A model generated the notes under the pieces. It had not been told where the DNA came from. It worked only from the letters and a program-made list of their open reading frames with translations, and did no database searches. Below, one piece after another: positions 55,936 through 64,000 of a stretch of 64,000 nt of DNA (its first letter is position 1; each line of letters starts with the position of its first letter). Source of the stretch: Eledone cirrhosa (taxonomy: Eukaryota). The DNA is taken from contig OZ024751.1 in NCBI GenBank assembly GCA_964016885.1, positions 6,758,001 through 6,822,000 on the forward strand, read 5' to 3'. The translations under genes were made by a program, and so were the position numbers.

Positions 55936-56309
55936 GAATTCTTGTTTTAGTCTCATTCATTCTCAGCCACACACTCATCAACACTGACTCCACCTGACGC
56001 ATCAAATCCTCTGCCTCCTTCACTGTATTTGTCACCAAACCTGTGTCGTCGCCAAATTCAGCATCTGATAAATGTTTCGCCTTAACTCTCCTGCTGAGCC
56101 GGTGCTACAGTAAAGCCAGAGTCCTGGTGTTTCTCCAGTGCAAGGTGCATTCAATAGTCCACTACGATGATGAAAAGGTAGGAAGCCAATGTATCTACCT
56201 GGAGCACACCAGTATGTATCTCAAAGAACTCTGTCCTCCCATCAGGTGTAATGACTTGGGCTTTGGTGTTGGTGTAGAGCAGTGCTATTAGGTCCACTAT
56301 CTTTTTGAG
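55936..56309 (-). mobile_element. RTE-group LINE copy 2, inverted RT segment (interrupted by the Tx1 element; continues at 59978-60012)
   Basis: LKKIVDLIALLYTNTKAQV..GVLQVDTLASYLFIIVVDY (decayed QGDxLxP motif) through to LRMNETKT. 59978-60012(-) supplies the preceding LQAYGILKKI. Confidence 0.85.
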
Positions 56310-59300
56310 TAGGGTGTCTAAATGCGCGTGGCCTGGGCTCGTCTTGGAAGCAAGCAATGCTTCTAAATGACCTCAGGTCACAATCTATAAATGTGATGGT
56401 TATCTGCGAGGCCCGGATCAGCAGCATGCGGCAGCTAGCCCCCACCTTTGACGACTTTGAGATGCATCTCTCTGTCAGCCCGGAGGTGGGGGTGGATTTG
56501 TCGTTCTGCTGCAAAAACATATGGGCCTTGCAACACAGATAGTTTACTTGGACCCAGGGGGTCGACTGGTGGTGCTGGACCTTGGCAGTGGTGAAGGTAG
56601 AGCCTTTAGGCTGGTAGCCGCATATGCCCCTTTTGGGACAGAGCGGCCCGACTTTTTCCAGCGCCTGGAGTCTTTTCTAAGGACGTCCCGTTCCCTGCTC
56701 TTAGTGGAGGATTGGAATGGTATCCTGGATGCACGTTGGGACTATGCAGGGGCATGTCCCGATAGAGAGGGGTGCAACAGCCTCAAGGGGTTACTCGGCC
56801 GATTTGACCTGGCCGATAGATTTCGACTAGATTTTCCGACGGTGCCAACCTGGTCTTGGTCAAATCGCAGCGGATCATCTAGGTCGTACCTAGATAGATT
56901 TTTAGTTAGAAATAAGGACAGGGACTTTTTAAGTTGTCCAGAAATGCTCATGGTTGGCTACTCAGACCACAAGTTAGTGACCTGCATGGTCAACCTTGAT
57001 AGAACGCATAGACAGGGCCCCGGTTACTGGAAGCTCAATTTGTCCTTGCCGGCAAGTAGAGCCTACAGGGATCGGATTAGTACGTTAGTTAAGGAACGGT
57101 TGACTGGAGCGATCATCAACAGCAGGTGGTGGGTATCTCTAAAGAGAGAAATTAGAGTAGTCTCGATAGAATTTAGTAAGGTTCTAGCTGCGGATAGGAA
57201 TAGGAAGGAAAGGGAGCTAATAGATAGAGTAGAAGAGGCAATTAGAAGCGGCGACGTGGCCAGAGTGCTAGCGTCGAGAACGGCTTTGAGCCAGTTTTTC
57301 GACGCGAAGCACGAAGGCTGCGTTGTCCGAAGTAAAATACGTGCTCTAGGGAACGAGGGGACCAAAGCTGTTAGCTGGGCCCACGTGACAGAGGCCAACA
57401 GTGGAACTAAATCTACCATCTGGTCTTTGCGAGACCTGGATGGACGGGCGATTCTTGAGCCTAAGCAGATGTGTGAGGCCTTTCAAAGGCACTTTGCCCG
57501 ACTGTTCGGGAGGGGCGGGGAGCCGGTTGGGAATGTGAACTTCGGTCCATACCTCGACGGCCTGCCGCGTCTCTCGGACAGGGAGGCGAAGTCCTGCGAG
57601 GAGCCGATTTCGGCCGCTGAGATAGAGGACGTGCTGGGCCAATGCGGCAAACGCAAATCCCCGGGTCTCGATGGTCTTCCTTACGAATTATATCTAGCTA
57701 TGCCGGACTTGTTCCCCGATCTCCTCGAGGCGGTCTACTGTAACTGGCAACAGAACGGGAGAATTCCCTGTACTGTGACCAAGGGCGTAGTCACGCTAGT
57801 GAGGAAGGACGAGAACAAGGGGGACGAAATAAGTAACTTCAGGGCCATAACTCTGCTAAATACAGAGTTACAGATTTTGGCCAAGGTGCTAGCAAAGAGG
57901 TTGGCGCTTGTCGTGGGCAACCTGGTGGGAGATGCGCAGACATGCGCTATCCCGTCCAGGTCCATCCATGACAACCTCCACCTCATGCGATACATCATAG
58001 AGAGGGTTGGGAACGAACCCGGCTTTGGTGGGGCTCTGATCAACTTGGATCAATCTAAGGCGTTCGATAGGGTCGACCATGGTTACCTAGATGCGGTGCT
58101 AGCGGCGGCAGGCTTCGGACCCGTTTTAAGGGGCTGGATCACTGCTATGCACAGCAGCCGCATCTGCTCTAGGGTCAAGGTGAACGGCTACCTCTCGGAG
58201 CCGTTCAAAATCGCGCGGTCCATCCGACAAGGGTGCCCTCTCTCCTGCCTTCTGTATGTGTTGACTCTCGAGCCACTACTGCGGAAGCTGGAGTTGTTGC
58301 AGGGCATCCCTTTGGAACCGGGATTGCGGAAAGCGGTGTCGGCCTACGCCGATGACGTGACAGTAATGGTGTCGGCGGCCTCCGAAATCGAGGCGGTCGG
58401 CACCTTACATGAGGAGTACAAAAGGTTCACAGGGGCTAAGCTGAACCGGGACAAGTCGATCGGTTTGCAACTCGGCACGTGGAGGGGCAGACCGATGCCC
58501 TCCGATGGCGTCGTCGGAGGCTGGACGGAGGGCCCGGTGAAGTTGCTCGGGGTCTGGTTCGGACCGGACCTCCAGGTGGAGAAGAACTGGGCGGAGGTTA
58601 CGAACAGGGTGTTTGCACTGACCCAGAAGTGGGCCAGTTGCAAACTATCCCTGAAAGGTCGGGCGGAGGTGACGAACACCTATATAGCGTCCGTCATCTA
58701 CTACCGCCTGACCGTAGTGCCCTGCCCAAGGGAAACCCTCACCAAGATGGAGCGCGCGCTCTTCCAATTCCTTTGGAAGAGGCGGGCGCCTATGGTGAGG
58801 AGATGCATCTGCTGTCAACACCCTTCGAAAGGAGGGCTGGGGATGCCGTGGATAATGATGCGTAAACACGCATTAAGGCTACGGCACCTCTACGTATTCC
58901 TCACCGGTCAACCGGTGTGGGCCGCGTTTGTGAGACGAACCTTTCCCAGACTCGTCTCACTCACCGAGCTGCAATCCTGGGTCAAGGAAAGACCGAGAAA
59001 ACTGGGCGCCTGGCACACTGAGTGTGCCCAGGCGCTCACCGCCCTCTGGCAGGCGGATCCGGTTATCAGTGGAGACTCCACCGCAACATTCTATAGAGGG
59101 CTGGTACGCAGCAGGTGCGACGACGCCCTCGGAGAAGCCCTAGACATGGAGGAGGATGAACTGGCCAGCCTGTTCGGTAGGACATTCAGCCCGGGACCTA
59201 TGGACAACTTCCAGAAGTCCCTGGCCTGGCAGTGCTACCAAGGGGCTTTACCCGTCCGAGAAAAGCTCTACAGACACGGGCGCCCGGGTAGGGACCCCAC

Positions 59301-59728
59301 CAAAAAGATCTGTCCCAGATGCGTGTGCGACGAGGAAACCGTTGCACACGCATTGGTACACTGCTCGGGCGTAGCCGATCTGTGGGGCTATGTCGAACAA
59401 CTGCTGTCAAGGGTGGGACCGATCCGGTTGACCCACCGAGTCTATTGTAATGATCAAGCCGCCTCCCCCCTTCAAAGATGAAGGAGAGGCGGTGTTTCTG
59501 TGCGTAATAGCCATGGTGAAAGAAGTTGTATGGTGGACGCGTCTGAAAGGACTGAGGTCGGGCACCTTTCTCTCTGGCCAACAACTGGTCCGTTTCTTCC
59601 GATATCATTTCGGAAAAAGGATCAGGATGGAGAGAGAGGTGCTCCACCCCAGTCGTTTTTATGAAAGGTGGGTGAAAGTGGCGAAAATGGCCCGTGTGAA
59701 TGGGCCTTCTCTTTACATAAGCCTGTAG
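56309..59728 (+). pseudogene. ORF2 endonuclease/reverse transcriptase with two frameshifts (main open segment 56521-59481, 986 aa)
   Basis: APE motifs LNARGL, ICE, VAAYAP, EDWN (canonical GDxN), SYLDR, SDH; GPGYWKLN linker; RT motifs KSPGLDG, LDQSKAFDRVDH, RQGCPLS, YADD, LLG; CPRC..ETVAHALVHC. Frame changes near 56480 and 59435; final stop at 59728. Confidence 0.92.
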
Positions 59729-59977
59729 GTGGAAAAGAGGAAGGAACGAGGGAGCACCCCCTCTCTGTGCTCCCGAGAAAAGGGTTGCACACTTTTTTCG
59801 GGGGTGTGTGCGACCCCCCAAGGCGGCTCCTCTCTATTGAGGATTTTGTCATAAATTTTATTTTTTGTTATATTTTATTTTATTTTTATACATTGTTATT
59901 GCCTCCTCCTTATTGTGTAAACTCCCCCCTTTGTACTTGTCCCACTTTTGATGCCCTGGTGGCAAATCAAAGAAACA
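56310..59977 (+). mobile_element. Tx1/L1-clade non-LTR retrotransposon, 5'-truncated (ORF2 + 3'UTR), 12-bp TSD
   Basis: TSD TATCTTTTTGAG at 56298-56309 and 59978-59989. Encodes APE endonuclease, RT and a zinc knuckle. Clearly GC-richer than its flanks. Confidence 0.93.
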
Positions 59978-60012
59978 TATCTTTTTGAGGATTCCATAAG
60001 CCTGTAAGTTCT

Positions 60013-60461
60013 TCTAGTAGAGAATCTTGAGAAGCCAGTGGGGATCACTAATGTAGGCGGGAAGCCGCTAGATTTGGTTGAGGACTTAATGTATTTGGAA
60101 ACAAAAAATTGGGAATACAGAAGATGATGTGGTTGAGAAGAAGAGCAAAGCCTGTGCGGCGTGCCACAGCTTGAGATCCTTGTGGAAGTCGGAACTTCGT
60201 AAAGACCTGAAAATCTGCCGCTTCATTGCTGTAGTGGAGCCTGTGCTGCTGTACTTGGACACTGACCAAGAAACTCACTCAGATGGTGGATGGGTGCTAG
60301 ACGAGAATGCTCTGAACATTAATCAGTATACATTGAGGATGAAAACTCAGAGCTGTATGGGAGCCTCCCAAATGTCAGCTCAAAAGTGACACAGAGGAGA
60401 CTGAGGTTAGCTGGACATGCTCACTAACATCCAGAGTTGGCATTGCACTCAGTGCTCCTGT
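60013..60461 (+). mobile_element. RTE-group LINE copy 2, sense segment
   Basis: [52 protein letters not shown]. Homologous to 54132-54395 and to the reverse complement of 53675-53890. Confidence 0.85.
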
Positions 60462-60539
60462 ATGTATATATACATATATGTAGATATATATATATGTATA
60501 TACATATATATACGTATATACATATATATATGTAGATAC

Positions 60540-60606
<67 letters not shown>

Positions 60607-60690
60607 CATATATATGTATATACATATATATGTATATACATATATATGTATATACATATATATGTATATACATATATATTTATACATATT
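60462..60690. repeat. compound TA-rich microsatellite
   Basis: Direct reading. Confidence 0.96.
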
Positions 60691-61046
60691 AAGAAGTAAG
60701 TGACTTAGTCACTACTTTAAAACTGATAGCGTAGGGTCTTCAAAATGTTTAAATTAAACATGTATACATCGCTATTTCAGAGCACCAATCATAATACCTA
60801 ATATTTGCTGGACCGGCAATCGCTCTGTATAATCAGCTCCTGGTTATTACTGGAATTCTATAAGAAACCAGTTTCTGTAATCTTTGGCGAAAACGGGGAG
60901 TACTTTGCTCTGATGATCGACAGAAGCTTGAAACAGACAGTTTGTTAGCTTCCCTCCATTCTTTCGCCGAAGAAAAGGAGTAAGTGACATAGTCACTACT
61001 TTAAAACTGATAGCGTATGGTCTTCAAAATATTTTTAATTAAGCAT
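60691..61046 (+). mobile_element. retrozyme-like unit: ~284-bp monomer plus ~70-bp terminal redundancy
   Basis: AGTAAGTGACwTAGTCACTACTTTAAAACTGATAGCGTAkGGTCTTCAAAAT at 60695 and 60979 (offset 284), with an HHR between the repeats. Non-coding. Confidence 0.65.
60882..60972 (+). ncRNA. type I hammerhead ribozyme
   Basis: GCT-CTGATGA(60910-16)-tcGAcagaagcTT-GAAACAGA-cag-TTTGTT^-AGC. Stem I is extended by GGGAG/TTCCC and CTTTGGCGAAA/TTTCGCCGAAG; stem II is weak. Confidence 0.7.
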
Positions 61047-61087
61047 ACGGTATATTGCTAAATATACTATACATACATATGTATATA

Positions 61088-61679
61088 TTATTCTGTAGTG
61101 GGTATGGCACATGTCCCTCATACATGACAACCCTTAATTTAATTTTGGATATATATACACGGCCCCTTAATTGTAGAGCTAACTCAGTTGAATGGATACG
61201 GCTGCTATTTCTAGCTGTCGATAATCCTATTCACGCCACTGGGATAACGTTGTGCGATGTGTGTATTTTTTAAAAATGCAACACGTGGTTCGAGTCATTC
61301 ACAGATTTGCATTTGCTTTGTAAACGCAGATAGTTATTTTTTCTCCTTTGGTGACCATCTAGGATTTGACTACTGTCATTTACTGCTTAATTGGTGAAAT
61401 ATATTTCTTACTTAAAGAAATATATACAAAGGAGATTAATCATATTAAAGGGTATTTGAAGTTCAAGTTAAACTTTAATTGGTTACCTACCTAGCTATGT
61501 GTGCTTACATACTTTACAAATTATCCCCTGTAATTGTTCCATATGTTTATTGTATATATATATGTCAATCTATTTCTAGTTGATATGAAATGCTCGGTTC
61601 TATTCATTGGAATCTTTGAGCTTATTCTGCAGTGGGTATGGCGCATGTCTCTCAGACATGACAACCCTTCATTTATTTT

Positions 61680-61683
<4 letters not shown>
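61088..61683 (+). mobile_element. unclassified repeat with ~65-bp terminal direct repeats; possible SINE-like element
   Basis: TTATTCTGyAGTGGGTATGGCrCATGTCyCTCAkACATGACAACCCTT at 61088 and 61622 (offset 534), each followed by TA. Internal A-box-like (61180) and B-box-like GGTTCGAGTC (61287) motifs. Confidence 0.45.

Positions 61684-61750
<67 letters not shown>
61683..61750. repeat. (TA)n microsatellite
   Basis: Direct reading. Confidence 0.97.
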
Positions 61751-61756
<6 letters not shown>

Positions 61757-62574
61757 ATGCTTTGGGAGGGTCATGTGTGCTAATAAGAAACACACGCACC
61801 AGAAGTGCACTTCAATTTATTATAAATTAAATTTATAAATTTAGGAATTTATAAATTTCCGGTTGGTTGGTTGGTTTCACAACCAGACGATTGTTCATAT
61901 ATTGTCAAAGTTCTTTCGTCACACATTCTGTGTGAATCATCTGTACTCCACCAACATGTTAAAATAGAACATAAGGGTAAATTAGAGAACATAGAAATAA
62001 AAATAGAATCTACACACAGAAAAGACGCAATGTTTAGACAAATCACAGAAGCAATAAACATAAATGAACTCCAACCAAAATTAAATAGAAAACATGAATG
62101 GAATAGCAACATCACAACTTACAATTAAGGACAAAATGAAAACACACACACACATATAACAACCAACCAACCAGTAACATGTAAATAAACAAATAAATAA
62201 ACAAATATAAACACACACAGACACCTGGATGTAACACATGCGCAAACTAAGCACACAACAAAAACAAGATGGCGTAGGACAGAACAAAGAGAGGCACAAA
62301 AACAAAGAAAATAATACCCAGACACTGAAGAGGTCACAGAATGTCTGACTAGATAACTTTGACAATATATGAACAATCGTCTGGTTGTTGAACCAACCAA
62401 CCAACCGGAAATTTATAAATTCCTACATTTATGAATTTAATTTATAATAAATTGAAGTGAAAGCAATGGTGCGTGTGTTTCTTATTAGCAACATGACCCT
62501 CCCAAAGCATAACAATATCCGTTTCAACACACGTTTTCAGATAAAGAATCTTGGTAAACAAATTCAGAAACGAA

Positions 62575-62576
<2 letters not shown>
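61751..62576 (+). mobile_element. Penelope-like element copy B with inverted 5' pLTR fragment
   Basis: 61751-61932 is the reverse complement of ~62337-62518. 61933-62128 encodes ESSVLHQHVKIEH..DAMFRQITEAININELQPKLNRKHEWN* (GIY-YIG C-terminus). The 3' end is the same as copy A. Confidence 0.82.
62321..62363 (+). ncRNA. degenerate minimal hammerhead in PLE copy B
   Basis: GaCA-CTGAAGA-gGTCAC-agaatgt-cTGAC-tagataa-CTT-TGAC. GAAA is decayed here but intact in copy A and in the inverted piece (61903-61932). Confidence 0.55.
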
Positions 62577-62609
<33 letters not shown>

Positions 62610-62611
62610 TA

Positions 62612-62874
62612 TGACACAGAGGAGACTGACGTTAGCTGCACATGCTCACCAACATCCAGTGTTGACATTGCACTCAGTGCTCCTGTGGGAGTCCCTCCAT
62701 GGACACACTGGAAGACTGGAAGAGGAAGACGAAGGTTAACGCATGTTGATACCCTAAGGACAGACACTGGTCTGTTGGAGACGCAGGACATGGCAGCGAT
62801 AATGAAGGACAGAGACCGCTGGAGAGAACTCGTCCATGGATCTCGGGAATTTTACCCGCCCTAGATAGATAGAT
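62612..62874 (+). mobile_element. RTE-group LINE 3' end (copy 3, or the displaced end of copy 2)
   Basis: [50 protein letters not shown], followed by TAGATAGATAGAT. Confidence 0.85.
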
Positions 62875-63010
<136 letters not shown>

Positions 63011-63575
63011 ATTACTGCGGAATACTCTTAATTCCGATCCTAGTACATACATATATATAAATGATTAAATTTAGATAATTTGAATATCTAAATATATTTA
63101 TCAAACATATTTAATATAACCATGTAATCATATGGCAATGAGTAAGAGATTTCCATTTATAAATTATTGTATTTTAAACATGCACTATTTTACGTAAATA
63201 TTATTTTCACCAGCTCATATACAAATCTACAAGCAGACTAAAACATTTCCGGTCGTTTCTTCATATTTCTAATCTTATGAATATTTCTCTTTTAAATATC
63301 GAAATCCAAATTCCTGAGGAATACTATCTAATACACCCACCTGTCAAGTCTATCTTATAAGCTTATTTATCACAGAAATGAAGGGCGAAATAGGAAAGCG
63401 TAGAGCCAAGAGAATGTCATGTGATTTAAATATAATCCTATCTTGACATGAATTAATATGAACAAACAAAATCACAAACATTTAATTTCCAACAGAGATT
63501 AAGATTCTGCACACCAACAAATATTACTGTTGTTTTTACGTATATTATTGAAATATACACAAGCTCTCCTATATA

Positions 63576-63661
<86 letters not shown>
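63576..63661. repeat. (CA)n(TA)n compound microsatellite
   Basis: Direct reading. Confidence 0.97.
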
Positions 63662-63666
<5 letters not shown>

Positions 63667-64000
63667 TTCTCTCTCACTCCCTCACATATTTTTGTATACA
63701 TATATTTACATACATTTACAGACGTGAGTCTATAATATAAGCTAATAAATCGAATTCGTATTCAACATTTCTCGAACGTCAACTTCCGTAAATATGTGCC
63801 ATCGTTGTTTATATGTAAACTTCTCTATATCAAAATATATTTCCACCTTTAAAAATGGAATGAATAATGTTAATTCATTCAGAATTATTAGGATATTTCA
63901 AATATGACATAGCTGCCTGTTAATATTACTTTTCCTTAAGATAAACTCTTTATATGTCATTTTAATCTTCCATAGAATGTTATGTCAATGAAATATAATT

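Noticed and set aside
56742-59852. Antisense and alternate-frame ORFs within the Tx1 element
   Set aside because: Shadow ORFs of GC-rich coding sequence. Only 56357-56542 and 59450-59728 are frameshifted parts of ORF2.
61170-61300. tRNA gene
   Set aside because: A- and B-box-like motifs are present, but I could not fold a cloverleaf and the spacing is too long.

Overview
Eukaryotic, gene-free repetitive DNA, probably from an invertebrate (inferred only from the abundant (TA)n tracts and the element types). Bases 1-51921 are one uninterrupted head-to-tail satellite. Its 37-bp monomer (GTGTG GTCTG GTGTG GTACA GTATG GTGTG ATGTG GT) is built from pentamers, is strongly G/T-rich on the + strand, and shows nested higher-order duplications and zoned variants. 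All His/Thr-rich and Val/Trp/Cys-rich ORFs in it are explained by repeat composition. The array stops abruptly at a 5'-truncated Penelope-like element (PLE). The last 12 kb are a nest of retroelements set in (TA)n microsatellites: two PLE copies (GIY-YIG C-terminus plus a minimal hammerhead ribozyme, HHR); RTE-group LINE fragments, two with twin-priming-type inversions; a near-intact Tx1/L1-clade ORF2 with a 12-bp target-site duplication (TSD) nested in one RTE copy; a ~284-bp retrozyme-like unit with a type I HHR; and further short families with partial HHR cores. No host gene, rRNA, tRNA or CRISPR array is supported.
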